The notes below the pieces were generated by a model. That model did not search any database, had not been told where the DNA came from, and saw only the letters and a list, made by a program, of their open reading frames with translations. Shown one piece after another: positions 38,255 through 52,075 of a DNA stretch of 64,000 nt. A program made the position numbers and the translations under genes. How positions within the stretch are numbered: the first letter of the stretch is position 1; every line of letters starts with the position of its first letter. The DNA comes from Octopus sinensis (Eukaryota): positions 137,516,001 through 137,580,000 of the forward strand of contig NC_042999.1 of assembly GCF_006345805.1 (NCBI RefSeq). The letters run 5' to 3'.

Positions 38255-38290
38255 TATGCACACACACACACACACATATACATATATATA
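37950..38290. repeat. (TA)n-rich microsatellite block
   Basis: Direct reading. Confidence 0.95.
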
Positions 38291-38514
38291 TGCTTGTTTT
38301 TATGTTAAGTTATAATAGAAACAATTTTACATTAAATTGAAGGATTACTCAATACTTTTTGTGGGGTATATATTTATTCTTTTACAAGAATAGCGTTGAT
38401 ATTGACACAGTCCAATGAAGGTTACCAGGCCTAAAACTTCAAAGTCACTATCAATACTATTCTTATTGAAGAATTATATATAAAATATTCACAAGTATGC
38501 TTTTATGCTATATA

Positions 38515-39282
38515 TCATCATCATCATCATCATCATCATTTAGCATCCATTTTCCATACTGGCATGGATTAGATGGTTTGACCAGGTTCCAGTCTGATTT
38601 AACTTGGTTTCTACAGCTTGATGCCCTTCCTAATGCTATCCACTCTAAGAGTGTAATGGGTACCTCTTACATGTCACCAGCATGGATGCCTCTCATATGT
38701 CACTGGCACAGGTGCCTTTTACATGTCACCGGCATGGGTGCCTTTTACAAGTCCAGGCACAGGCCACAACTACAAGTCTCCTCAAGTACAGAAAATCACC
38801 AAAGGTCTTCATCACTTGTCATCGCCTCCGCAAGACCCAATATTCATAGATCATTCTTCACTACCTGATCCAACGTTTTCTTGGGCCTACCTTTTCCACA
38901 GGTTCCCTCCATAGTTAGAGATTGGCTCTTCTTTGCACAGCTGTCCTCATCGATATGCATCACATGACCATACCAATGCAGTCTTCTCTCTTGAACACCA
39001 CATCTGATGCCTCCTGCCTAATTTTTCTCTCAAGACCCTTACACTCTGTTGTACATGCACACTGACATTGCACATCCAGCAAAGCATACTAGCTTCATTT
39101 CCTTCAAGCCTTCACGTGTCCTCTACTGTCACAGTGACTGCAAAGGATATGTGTAGCATGGTTGTTCATACACAAACATCATACAATCTACCCTTCACTC
39201 TGAGAGAGAGGATCTTTGTTACCAACCTAGGTAGAATATCTCTGAACTTTGCTCAACCATTATCTTATTCTAGCAGCCATTT
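38515..39282 (-). mobile_element. 5'-truncated RTE LINE, same family as 11655-12720
   Basis: Reverse-complement homology (catcacatgaccataccaatgcagtc; atacaatctacccttcactctgagagagagg), with (CAT)n tail at the left. Confidence 0.9.
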
Positions 39283-40750
39283 TGTGTGCGTGTGTGCACA
39301 CGCATGTGTGCGTGTGTGCACATGCATGTGTGCGTGTGTGTGTGTTTGTGTGTACCCTTGTCAAGACATCTTGTGATAGTTGTAAATGAGCCTCATCATC
39401 ATACAGGTGAAATTGTTTGCTTCCAGTCCCCTGTGAAAAATGTGTCTGGCCATGGAAAATGTTACCTTACTTGGAAACAGGGAAGGGGTGTTGATAGGAA
39501 AGGCATCTAGCCACAGAACACTGCTTCAACAAATTTTGTCTGGCTCATGCAAACATGGAAAGGTGGATTTTAAATGTTGATGTTGATAATGATATACAAA
39601 AATTCAAAGGTCAAGGAGACCAGAAATTCAAAGAGGATTCTATACAAGTTAAATATATTTGTAGAGTAAAATAGTTTTCTTACAGATTTTATATTTAGCG
39701 AAGAAGCTTCTCTCTTGCTTGTCCATAGCACCTCTGAAAAATTGTTTTCTGATTCAGAATATGTTCTGTTTCAGATAAACACAGTTCCTCATTTATGTTT
39801 TTGATGGAGTAATTTGCACAAAAAAATTACATAAAATCAATTTTATGTAAGCATTTTATACTTGTCACTAAAATACATGTAAAGCTGTTTAAATAGAAAA
39901 TTTTAATTTTCTTCTAGTTTCTCTGTACTCTATGATTAGTACAGCCTGCAAATCAGTAACATGGAATTATCCATGTAATGACACAAATTTTCTTCTGCGT
40001 GTGTATATGAGAGAGAAACTGAATGACTGTATTTCCTCATAACATATAGAAAAATGGATGTCTTTTAAGACACACACACATATAGAAAATGTGTCGCCAT
40101 CGTTGTCATGGTATAAAACATCATTTAGGGTAGTTGAATTATAGAAAGTTTATAATGCTAAATTTTTGTAATGCAAATATGTAAATGAAAATAAAGTTTA
40201 TTTGTTAGCTGAAAGATTACTGATACCACATATATCAAAATCAGCAACTCAGTATTTGAATGTATTCATTAATTTCCATAAAAATTTTTATATTTCTTTA
40301 TGCTTTAAAGAGAGCAAAAATTGAAAGAGAAGAGAAAGTAAAATTGTGACATTTACTTTGAAGTGAGAGCAGAAAGTGAAGGATGTATGTACATGTATAT
40401 GAAATGTGTGTGTGTAAGAGAGAGAGAGAGTGTGAGTGAGTGAGTGAGTGAGTTAGTGAAGGTGAGTGTTGTCCTGTATGTGTAAGTGGCACTCATTTGG
40501 TCTTTCTCTCTGTCTCACACACACACATCTTTCATATACACATACATTAATACATATGCACATCTTTTTTGTATATATGTGTGCATGTGCATGTGCATGT
40601 GAGAATGAGAATGACTGTATTTTGTCATAACATATAGAGAAATAGATGTCTTTTAAGGTACACACTCATATAGAAAATGTGACATCATTGTCATTGTTGC
40701 TATGGTATAAAATGTTTATGATAGTTGACTTATAGAAAAGATTATAATGG

Positions 40751-41345
40751 AAGTTGCTCAAGGTAGTTGAAAATTTCAAATACCTTGGTGTGTGGACACA
40801 AAGTATTAAAAAAAGACATCGTAGCAAGGAAAGCTCTTGCCTGGAGTGCATGCCATAAATTGAGAAAGGTATGGAGTTCAAAGTTAGCAAGGAAATTGAA
40901 AGTGAGATTGTTTCTGGCAATAATGGAGTCTGTTTTTCTATACAGGGCTGAAACTTGGATGCTTACTAAAGCATTGAAGAAGCAGTTGGACGGTTCTTAT
41001 ACGAGGATGCTTAGAATGGCACTCAATGTCTCCTCGAAGAGTCATACAACAAACGCCAACTTATACCAGGGACTACTAATAGTAACATTGAAAATACAGC
41101 ATAGAAGGATGAAGCTAGTTGGACACTGCATCAGACAAACCAATGAAATTGCTAACAAGCTAGTGCTCTGGCATCCAACGAAAGGAAGAACCAGGAGAGG
41201 AAGGAGGAAGACGACCTATATCAACAATTTGCTGGTATGGAAGGGGTACAGGAGCTGAGGACCATTATGGAAGATCGAGATGAATGGGGAACACTTGTGG
41301 AAACAGTCTTGGAGCATCCTCAGGGATGACTTAGATAGATAGATA
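40751..41345 (+). mobile_element. 5'-truncated RTE-clade LINE with a (GATA)n tail
   Basis: VVENFKYLGVW, then after a frameshift RKALAWSACHKLRKVW...ESVFLYRAETWML...LDGSYTRMLRMALNVS...GHCIR...RRGRRKTTY. Confidence 0.92.
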
Positions 41346-41789
41346 AAAGGTAGAATTTTTGTAATACAAATATGTAAATGAAAATAAAGTTTATTTGATA
41401 CTCGTAAGATTACTGAATCTTTTGATACCCCATATGTCAAAACTGGTAACTCAGTTTTCAAATGCATAAGGAAGATACGCATGCACACACATACACACAC
41501 ACATATACACACACATACAAACACACACATACATACACACACATACAAACTCTCTTATATATATGGAAGTGTCCCTATCTGTCTGTCTCTCACATTCCCT
41601 GTGTGTCTATCTCTTCCTGTCTCCTCTCCTTCCCTGATATCAGCCACCTTCATTATACCACATTTCTCTGAACCTAACACTTTTGCACCCCTCTCATTTT
41701 ATCATGTAATAGTTCAACCCCCGTAATTGGTCCATTATCGGTTTTTATTGAAATCCAATTAGCCTATAATTGAACTGGATGTTAGTTCA

Positions 41790-41890
41790 ACATGTATAGA
41801 AAGTTTGGTGAAGATTGGTTCCTTGGTTTGGGCAGCAAGATAGTAACAGACAGATGGACGGACAGACAGAAATTCCCATTTATATATGAT
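41790..41890 (+). mobile_element. Helitron/DINE-1-like non-autonomous element 3' end
   Basis: aagtttggtgaagattgg...(gaca)n...atttatatat, the typical 3' architecture. Confidence 0.5.
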
Positions 41891-41904
41891 ACACACACAC
41901 ATAC

Positions 41905-42090
41905 ATTGGTTCCTATGAAGACCTTATCACAACAGTGAAGAAAAGAAAGTTGAAATGGTATGGCCATTTGTAAAGACCATTCACAAGGTACTGTAGAAGG
42001 GGTTAGAGGAAGTGGACAGAGGAAAAGATACACTGGGAACATCAAGGAATGCACAGGTAAATCACAAGTGGAAACTCATAGTTCATACCA
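41905..42090 (+). mobile_element. RTE LINE fragment (paralogue of 43610-44030 lacking its insert)
   Basis: EDLITTVKKRKLKWYGH...QGTVEGVRGSGQRKRY. Confidence 0.8.
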
Positions 42091-42120
42091 TGCTCATACG
42101 CAGCATCTGTGTGTGTGCGT

Positions 42121-42197
<77 letters not shown>

Positions 42198-43279
42198 GAG
42201 TTAATGCTAGATAATCTCATTGAAAAAATAAATAAACAAATTTTGTTTGTTGTGAAAATTAAATATTTGTTTTCTTTCAAAATCGTTGCAACACAATAAA
42301 TAACAACTGAAAGAAAATATCAGACATAAATCAGATAAATATTTTTACTACACAAATGAATAAAAAGAAAAGGAATTTAAAAAATAACAGCAATAAATAA
42401 ACAGAAAGTCAAAAGTGAGAAAGATAAAAAGATTGGGAGAACTAAGAAGGAAGGAGGATTGTTAGCAAGTTGAAATGTTTCCATAAGTATATTCTGGAAA
42501 TTATTTTGGCTGCATTTTGAGTACTTTGAGACAGTGGAGCATGATGTCTTTTGACATAGAGTTTAACAATAGAAACTGATTATAAGTTCAATGTTTGAGG
42601 AGATCCAGGACACATCATATCCATGATCATGACAATGAAACCAATAACCAAATTGCAATCTAGCCCCAAATCACAATAAAATTTCCTGTGACATTTTCAT
42701 TTTTAAAACCACACATTTTCTTTTTCTATTTTTTATAAGTGAGTAGAGAGGGAGAGCAATAATCTTTACAGGTGTCCCTCCCAACTGATGAGATTAATGT
42801 GACTGATGCCCAGCCTAAACAACTGCAGGTCAATCAATGTCTGTAGAAAAAAATAAGAAAAAAACTTTAGCACATTTAATCATAAATCTGCCTGATCAAA
42901 GCTAACCTAAGGTCATAATCATTTGTCTTTCAATAAAATATGTTTTCTTGTCAACTCACTTCTCTTTCATTCTGTCTTATTTATTCCATTTTTTATCTGT
43001 TCTTTTTTTTTATCACAACTGGTAAATAATAGCATCATTAGTTACAGGTTTTCAATGAATACATCCTTGGTTCCTTACATTTCTGATGCAAAGTACAACA
43101 AAGAAGCATCTGTAATTTGGAATTTATTTGAAGAGCACAAATTTGTCACTGATATGTATAAACACTAACAAAAGATAAAAGCGTGTTGCCATCTGTGTAT
43201 CATACTAAACATATATATACCATTAGAAGGCATGAAGTTGTGAAATTGCCTGCGTTGTTAAACATTTTTGTCCAAGAAC

Positions 43280-44030
43280 AGAGACTAGGATAGGACAGAA
43301 GCTCAAAATACTTGAGTGCAATCACCAATGATAAAGGTTTACTGCCCAAACTCTTTACTAGATCTGATGGAGACAATAACTGCACTAATCAAACTTAAGT
43401 CAATATGGAGAGATAAAAACGTCACCATGAAGAACAACTTACTCCTGTGTGCACTAGAACTTTCCATCTTTCTCTGTGCATGCAAAACTGTAGTGATACC
43501 ATGGAAAATACAGGCACTGGAAATGTGATGCTATCACAATATCTTAGGTATCTCATACTCAGACTACATCACAGATGAGTAAGTCTATTAAACCATCCAG
43601 CATCACTCTGGTTCCCATGAAGACCTTATCACAACAGTGAAGAAAGCTGTTCAAGAATTTGGACCTGGAGATCTCCATTTCCAGCAACTTTGAAGGGCCA
43701 CCTCCCAGTGGTGTTGGGCTTCAACGAAGAGCCCTTGACTACAACAAGATGACCAAAGTTTTTTTTTTCCAAGGTCTGAGGTCTCCCGCCCCTAAGCCCT
43801 AGACCATCACCTAATCACCCTTACCCGTCTTGTTGCTTAACAACAACAACAGTGAAGAAAAGAAAGTTGAGATGGTTTGAGCATATTACAAGATCCAATA
43901 GACTTGTAAAGATCATTCACCAAGGTACTGTAGAAAGGATAAGAAGAGATGGACAGAGGAAAAGATATTCTGGGAATATCAAGGAAGGCACAGGTGAATA
44001 ACAAGTGGAAACCCAAAGCTCATATGCTCA
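43280..44030 (+). mobile_element. RTE LINE fragment interrupted by a 200-bp retroposon
   Basis: KYLSAI...LIKLKSIWRDKNVT...SIFLCACKT...IQALEM*CY...RKLRWFEHITR...QGTVE. Insert at 43646-43845. Confidence 0.85.
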
Positions 44031-44739
44031 TACACATCATGCAGCATATCATAACAGCGCTCTTATAACTCCATTAGAAGTTTAGGACTCAAACAAACAA
44101 TGGTGAAAAAGTATATAAGTCTTGTTTGCTGGCAAATAAATTGATCTGAGAGGTTTTGAACTTTTAACTACATGAAGAAAGATTCCATTCACTTTACTGA
44201 AAAGGCTGAGTAGGTGTTGCTGAAAACATGAGAGGTTGTGTAAGAGACTTGGCATTAATGGATTCTAATGCATTTAGGAATGGCAGTGAAAGACTTCAAT
44301 GTAACAAGTTTTGTTGAATCTATTGATTGTCTTTATAATTAGTATCATTGGTTTGATAATAATGAATCTTCTAAATTCATTCATTGTTTTTGAAGATGTT
44401 GGTGCAATTAAATTTGTTAAATTTAGATTTGATGTTTTTTCAACAAATGTTAATACTATTGCTAAAGTAATACTCTTGGCTCATTTATCTTCATAAAACT
44501 GTTATAAAATAATCAGAAGACTATAGAAGTTAAAAATAAAATGTTAAGTTAGTTATTTGATGAGAAAGATTAAATTAATAAATGAAAAGTAGTCAATTAA
44601 CCAATTCAATGTTCATATGTTGTAATGGCTAAATATGTTAAGATGGAGAAAAAATATTTTAGTTTCCCTAAGCAAGGATATTGAACAAATATTACCATTA
44701 AGAAAAATGAATTGTTACCTGATGCTTAAGAAAGTACAA

Positions 44740-45800
44740 TCTTGTGGTAATTTCTGCAGACTTTTCAATGGCATTTGACAGTGTAAACAGAGCAGTAATT
44801 CAAGATATTGAAGTTGCTGTAAAGTATCAAATTCCTTCATTCATTTATTCAGTCAATCAATCATTCATCATCATCTATCACTCTCTTCTTCATACATACA
44901 TTTGCACCTTACATCTTCATAATTGCAATGGATTATGCTAGGTCTAGATTTCTATAAGATGAAGATGGATACAGTCAAGAGAATTTCTATCCAGTAGATT
45001 TTTTTTTTCTTTTTTCTGTAAAACACCTTGTAATAATAATCTTTGCAAATAGAGTTCCAATTTTAAATGATAATCCCCTTGGTTGTTCAAAAACGACTAA
45101 TTAGTTTTGAAGCTCTTTCTGCAAAATTGGACTCAAAAATCAATGTATTAAAAACCAAAGTAATGTTTATTGACAATCCAAATCTCTTACATAGATCATC
45201 TCAGAAGCTCAATTTTCTATTGTCACACGTTTGTTATATTTATTTCTTTATTGCCCACAGAGGGCTAAACATAGAGGGGGCAAACAAGGACAGACAAAAG
45301 GATTAAGTCAATTACATTGACCCTAGTGTGTAACTGGTACTTATTTAATTGACCCTGAAAGCATGAAAGGCAAAGTCAACCTTGGCAGAATTTGAACTCA
45401 GAACATAACAGCAGACGAAATACCACTAAGCATTTCGCCCGGCATGCAAACAATTCTGCCAGTTCACCACATTAAATTAGATGATATGGCAGACAGAAGT
45501 CCTTTTAGACAAAACACCAAAAGGCATGGCTAGTGGTATGAAAACTTTATTTGGAGATGTTCAGTTGGTGACAGAAACAATATGGTATTTTTCAAAACTT
45601 TTCAAGCCTTGTATTGAAACAGTTCTAATCTATTACAGTAAAGTATAGAAAATAACAAACATTAGCTGAAGAGATTATTTTTCAAAGCTTGTATGGAGCT
45701 TGTTTTATTCTATAGTATTGAGGCATGAACAATAACAGAAAGGCTAGTAAAGGAGATAAATACTAGACATCATTTTTCTATAGAGAATAAATAATGAATG
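44740..45800 (+). mobile_element. Ancient LINE RT relic with a nested SINE (about 45236-45472, minus strand)
   Basis: ADFSMAFDSVNR (D..KAFDSV motif), KINVLKTKVM, and FKACMELVLFYSIEA*T. Confidence 0.6.
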
Positions 45801-47631
45801 GTTATTTGTAAGAGTGAAGCAGTTCTCTGCTGAGAGAATTTTAATTTCAAAATGATTAATTCTGATTTGACATATTTTGATAAAACCAAATATACCACTG
45901 GTTATCCTTTTGAATCACAAAAATAAAACTAAAACTTTACTATGTTGGAAAAGCTTTGTGAATGACATGTATTTCCCAATTTAATGAGGGTCTAACCAGT
46001 TGAAATATTACAGAGAATGGAGCTACTACCACTGTTATGAATAGAAACCAATAGTAAAAAAGGACTGGCAAGTGTTGAGTGCATAACATCTGTTAAATTG
46101 TGAACTGTTCCATATGGAAACGGAAGGAGGTATCAAAAAAGAAAAGGGATTGACAGAGCTTTTGACTACACTCTTCCGAATCATCAAATTTTAAAAGGGA
46201 GCTATAATTCAGGTGTGTCAGGTGAATGAAGATTATAAAGAATATGAGTATTATGAGGTGTTCGGATGATGATGTGTTATTCAGGGTAGGGAATGTACTT
46301 CAGATATTACTAATATATGTAAGCTCTTAGAATTGCTGTTTGGTCCTCATTTCACAGGCTATGATCAAAAGTGTTCGAGCTATGACTATTCTGGTTTATT
46401 TCCTTGGTATAGTGTATATAACACTTCATTATCTAATATATCCTTCCACTTTAAGAAAGTAGGATATGAGTTAAAGGATATCAGACTGTTATTTCTTCGA
46501 AGCTGAACAACCTAATAAAAGCAGCACCCACTTTATCTAATGCTGATAACCTTTGTAGCTTAGCAAAGATCAATGTTGGTTGATTATAAGTATTATGAAA
46601 GGCATTCCAGTCATGAATCTCAGTTTTTGAGGAGGGTCTCCCACCCTAATATCTAGGATTATATTTATTGTCCAGTGTATCTTTTCTTTTGGAGTCTAGT
46701 TTGGGAAATATTTGGGTGCTATTTCTGGCAGATAAAGCAATCACATAGAGACTCCTTTGTTGCCTTCAAAGCTCATAATTTTTTTAATTGCGTTACTGGA
46801 ATGAGGAACAGATTTGTTAATCAACCTGAATAGATTATTAAGAGAAGAAAAGTGATTGTCAAAATTATGTTAAAATAAATGAATTTCATGCACCCTCTAA
46901 GTGCTGTTGTTTTAGTCTTTGTTAGAAATAACTTGTTTTATTTTCTCTGAGAAATTCTATAAAGAGCATTTATCTTTTATTTGTTTCAGTCGTTGAAATG
47001 TGGCCATGCTGGGGCACTACCTTGAAGGATTTAATCAAGCAAGAAAATCTCAGTACTTATTTCTTTTTTTAAAAGCTTGACACACTTATTCTATCAGTCT
47101 CTTTGCAAACCAGTAAGTTACAAGGATGTAAACAAACCAGTACCAGTTGTCAAGTAGAGGGGGACAAACACAAACATATACATACATGCACATATATATA
47201 TATATATATATATATATTATCATCATCATGTATATATATCTTTTATTTTTTACTTGTTTCAGTCATTAGACTGCAGCCATGCTGGGGTACCAAGTTGAAT
47301 TTTTAGTCAAATGAAATGACCCCAGTACTTACTTTTTAAACCTGGTACTTATTCTATTTGTCTTTCTTGTTGAACTGCTAAGTTATGAGGACATAAACAC
47401 ACCAACACCAGTTGTCAAGTTGGGGGGTGCAAACACAGACACAAAGACACATACACATAGATATACATATATACATACATATATGACATCTGCTTTCATT
47501 TTCTGTCTCCCAAATCCACTCACAAGACTTTGGTCAACCCGAGGTTAGCACATCAACAAAAACCAAAAGAATAAATTTAAAACATGAGATTTATATGAAT
47601 TATATATTAACATAAACGAGTAGTAATTATT

Positions 47632-48022
47632 CTTTTCTACTCTAGGCACAAGGCCCGAAATTTTGGGTGGAGCCAGTCAATTAGATCAATCCCAGTACAC
47701 AACTGATACTTAATTTATTGACCCCAAAAGGATGAAAGGCAAAGTGGACCTCGGCGGAATTTGAACTCAGAACATAAAGGCAGACAAAATACCTATTTCT
47801 TTACTACCCACAAGGGGCTAAACACAGAGAGGACAAACAAGGACAGACAAACAGATTAAGTCGATTACATCGATCCCAGTGCGTAACTGGTACTTAATTT
47901 ATTGATCCCGAAAGGATGAAAGGCAAAGTTGACCTCGGCGGAATTTGAACTCAGAACGTAACAGCAGACAAAATACAGCTATGCATTTCGCCCGGCGTGC
48001 TGTTTCTGGCAGCTCGCCGCCT
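47632..48022 (-). mobile_element. Dimeric young Nin/Deu-like SINE
   Basis: Two tandem units of aaaggatgaaaggcaaagt..acctcggcggaatttgaactcagaac, with flanking direct repeat tagtaattatt. Confidence 0.85.
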
Positions 48023-48111
48023 CATGAATAGTAATTATTGCTTTTATTACTGCTATAAACTGTATTATGACAAGATATTTATCTGTGTCTTTCTTTTTAT
48101 TTCTCTTTCAG

Positions 48112-48150
48112 ATATGCAAGTGATTGCAGAGATACTTCATTTCAAATAGA
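48112..48150 (+). other. Candidate 39-nt exon of an unidentified gene
   Basis: Acceptor tctttctttttatttctctttcAG and donor GA|GTGAGT. One open frame (YASDCRDTSFQI). Confidence 0.4.
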
Positions 48151-48500
48151 GTGAGTAGCAGTAATCTACAGGGGTGAACATGGGCTTTGTAAATTATCAG
48201 TAAGCAATTGGTATGTTTTTAAAGTCATCATACATATATGCATAAGGATTCTTTGTAGACTGCTCTCTCTCTACCTGTCTATTGATTGAGTTAGTTAGCT
48301 ATCTATCTATCTATCTATCCATCCATATATATATATGTATGTATATATATATATCCATCCATCTATCTATCTATATATCTATATATATATCCATCTATCT
48401 ATCTATCTAAATATCTATCTATCCATCCATCCATTCATCTATATATCTGTCTGTCTCTGCCTTCCTCTTTCTCTCTCTGTCTTTCTCTTTGTTTTCCTTA

Positions 48501-48534
<34 letters not shown>

Positions 48535-48535
48535 T

Positions 48536-48613
<78 letters not shown>

Positions 48614-49904
48614 CATTATCATCATCATTTCTTCTTTAATTTTTTTTCTTTTTTAAAGTAACATCTGTTTTCCCATGCCTGAATGGATTAGATGAAACTG
48701 ATTAGTCATATTATGACACTAAGCTTTCTATACAGAGATGTGATAAGATTACATGTTCTGGAGTATATGTAACTAGAGTAAAATTTTCACGGCTGGATGC
48801 CCTTCCTATTCTCTACATGTATGTGTGTGCTGCATCTGTGTACCTGTGTTTGTTAGCATGCGTGCATGTGTGTAATAAGATTTATTGATATTACAGTGTA
48901 GCTGTTGTTATCGATGCTTCAGTCGTTATTGATGCTCTGGCTAGCATGAATGAAACATTATTTCTTCCTTTACAACAGTGAGTTCTCTATGTTTTCACAA
49001 AGTTGAATGGTTAACATCCTAAAATGAGAGAGAGAGAGAGAGAGAGAGTTAGAAAGAGAGAGAAAGTGGGAAGAAGAGACAGAGAAAGAGGGGGAAGAGA
49101 CAGAGTGAGAGAAGAGGGACAGAGAAACTGTTCATATAGATACCAATTGTAATTTTTGTAATAGATACAAAATTAGCTTTGTTGTGGATCAGAACAAACA
49201 ATAAGATATTCTCAGTATAATAAAGTCGCTTTAACAGATAAATGACTCATCTTCCGCCATACTGAACCTTTCATGTTTTGTGATCAATTCATTTTTTAAA
49301 AAAATTTCAATTTATTTTTTTTTATATACACCATCATCACTTTTTTTTTTTCTTTGAAAAGAATGGTGTAATAAAATTCTTTTTTCTGCCTTGTTGACTG
49401 TTAACTATAGACTAGTTAGGAAAAAAAAGGACTGTGATTTTATTTGTTTATTTTAAATTGTTCTGTTTAATAAAGGAGATAAAGGACAATTTACCTAAAA
49501 GATTAATATGTATGTTGTGACTAACAGACAGAGCTTCAAACTGTACAGTAAAATAACTCAATTGTGCAGTATAATGGATCACAAAATTTGACTGAATTCA
49601 GTTTGTAGAATTCTATTTTGAACTTCCTTATTTGCATTATAAATAAAGGAGTGGATAACATATTCAACAGCACATTGGAGAAAATACCTTATCATATGTG
49701 GATGCATCCTTTTACATTCTAAGTACAAAGCATACCCAGATCGATTTTGTCTTTCAGTTTTGCAATTTCAATTAAATAAATACTGAGACTGATATAATCT
49801 GCTCAACTCTAGCATGGCCACAATAAAAGAATAAAAGTGGAAAACAGTATAAACTCAAATAAATGAAACTGTATCTTCTTACATTTCTTTTGACTGTGAC
49901 TCAG

Positions 49905-50045
49905 ATATACATCAATGTATGTAGATGACCCATTATATACACCAATATAAAAAATGGCCCAGTATATACATCAACATATAGATGATCCTGTACATACATC
50001 AGCATATATAAGATCTAGAATATACATCAACATATATAGATGTCA
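49905..50045. repeat. Degenerate ~28-bp minisatellite
   Basis: About 5 units of atatacatcaacatatatagatgacc. Confidence 0.7.
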
Positions 50046-51051
50046 TTTAGTCAAGGTGGAAAGGGTAGTGTCCATGATTCTTTATTATTATTTTTTTTTT
50101 TACTCTTTAGATTGATGGGAGAGAGAATGTTATCCTCCAACCTAAGACCTGGCCCAAATGCTTGCAACAAAGTAAACACAACTAAAGGTACCCAACGATT
50201 TGGTAGTGATGTTAAACTGGTCTAACACCCATTTACTCAGGATGCAAAAATGCTTGAATAAACACCACAAGGTATCTTGTCTTACTCTGATGCTCTAATT
50301 ATTCCACCAATCCTCCAACCTGAACTAAAACTTTATTTTACTGACACTGTGTCCCCAACCCCGCCCTGACACCCCAATAATGACAAGATGAAAGACAATG
50401 TTGATCTTAACTGGATTCGAATTCAGAATGAAGAGAGTCAAAACAAATTCCACCAAGTATTTTGTCCTATACTTTAATGGCTACCAATTCCCCATTTCAT
50501 GTTTATAAATCTATAGAATACAGTCTCCCACTCCCAACCCCATTTTACAGGTACCTCAGGTTATGGGATGTCCCAGGTTATGTAGACTGTAAAGTATGAC
50601 CGCTAATTTCTGGATATGGTCTGTAATTTCACCCTTATGGAACTCAGATAAATTAATGTGTACAAGAATCAACTGAAAAGTTCATAGGCTGACCAAGACA
50701 CTCTCATAGAATGTGACCAAATGAGGTCACGCACTTGCGGTCCACACACTTCTTCCATTGGTGTTGCAGTATTCAGATCCCATTGATGAAGAAACTTCCA
50801 TCTTGTTGAGCAAAAATGTCAACAGCCAAGTGTTTTCTCATGTTGGGAAATAGATGAAATCAGGAGAATAGGAGGGTGATCAACTAGTTCAAAACCACTG
50901 TCATGCACAGAAGCCATTGAAAGCAAGAACTGGTGTCCTGGAGCATAGACCTCACGGAACAAGATCTCTTTCACCAGTTTTCCTGAGTGTTTGGTCTTGA
51001 TATCTATTTGCCTCAACATGTTAGCATAGCACTTTTCATTGATGGTATGAC

Positions 51052-51274
51052 AAGGTGGCAAGCTGGCGCACGCTGGGCGAAATGCTTAGCCGTATTTCAT
51101 CTGCCGTTACGTTCTGAGTTCAAATTCCACCGAGGTCGACTTTGCCTTTCATCCTTTCAGGGTCGCTAAATTAAGTACCAGTTACGCACTGGGGTCGATG
51201 TAATCGACTTAATCCATTTGTCTGTCCTTGTTTGTCCTCTCTGTGTTTAGCCACTTGTGGGTAGTAAAGAAATA
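51052..51274 (+). mobile_element. Young Nin/Deu-like SINE with an 8-bp TSD
   Basis: TSD GGTATGAC at 51044-51051 and 51275-51282. Confidence 0.9.
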
Positions 51275-51664
51275 GGTATGACCATTTTTGAAGATAGTCA
51301 ATAAATACAGTGCCTTTTGCATCCTTTTCCCTGCAGATGAAACTATCTTGGCTTTATTTGGAGCAGGTGAGGAGGGGTGTTTCCTATGCATGGGTTGTCT
51401 CTTTGTCTCTGGCTCAAAATGATGAAGCCAACTCTCATCCTCGCTTAAGAAACATTCAAGGAAACCAACTGGATCTGCCTCAAACCATGTTAGATCTACA
51501 TATGATGTGGTCAGCCTGGTGTGCCTTTGATCAGGTTTCAGAAGACATGGCATCCACTGAGCAGAAATCTTCATCATACCAAGTTCATTGTTCAGAATAT
51601 TCTCAACTCTCTCATGGGATATGCTATTAGTATTGGCTATTTGATTTATAGCCTACAATCAAAT

Positions 51665-52075
51665 TTGTTGACTGGCATCCGTGCAAGTGGAGCACTAAGA
51701 GCACCATCCAAGCATGATCGTTGCCAGAGCGGCTAACTGGCGTCTGTGCCAGTGGCATGTAAAAAGCACCATTCGAGCGTGATCATTACCAGCATCGCCT
51801 TACTGGCACTTGTGCTGTGTTCATGTAGCACATAAAAAAAAATCACCATTTGGGCATGGCTGTTGCCAGTACAGCCTGACTGGCCCTCATGCTGGTGGCA
51901 CGAAAAAGCACCCATTACACTCTTGGAGTGGTTGGTATTAGGAAGGGCATCCAGCTGTAGAAACTCTGTGAGATCAAGATTGGAGCCTGGTGCAGCCATC
52001 TGGTTTACCAGTCAAATCGTCCAACTCATGCTAGCATGGAAAGCGGATGTTAAATGACGATGATGATGATGATGA
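51665..52075 (+). mobile_element. RTE 3' tail copy nested in the mariner
   Basis: Repeated aaaaagcacc units, ggaagggcatccagctgtagaaac and a (GAT)n tail. Confidence 0.88.
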
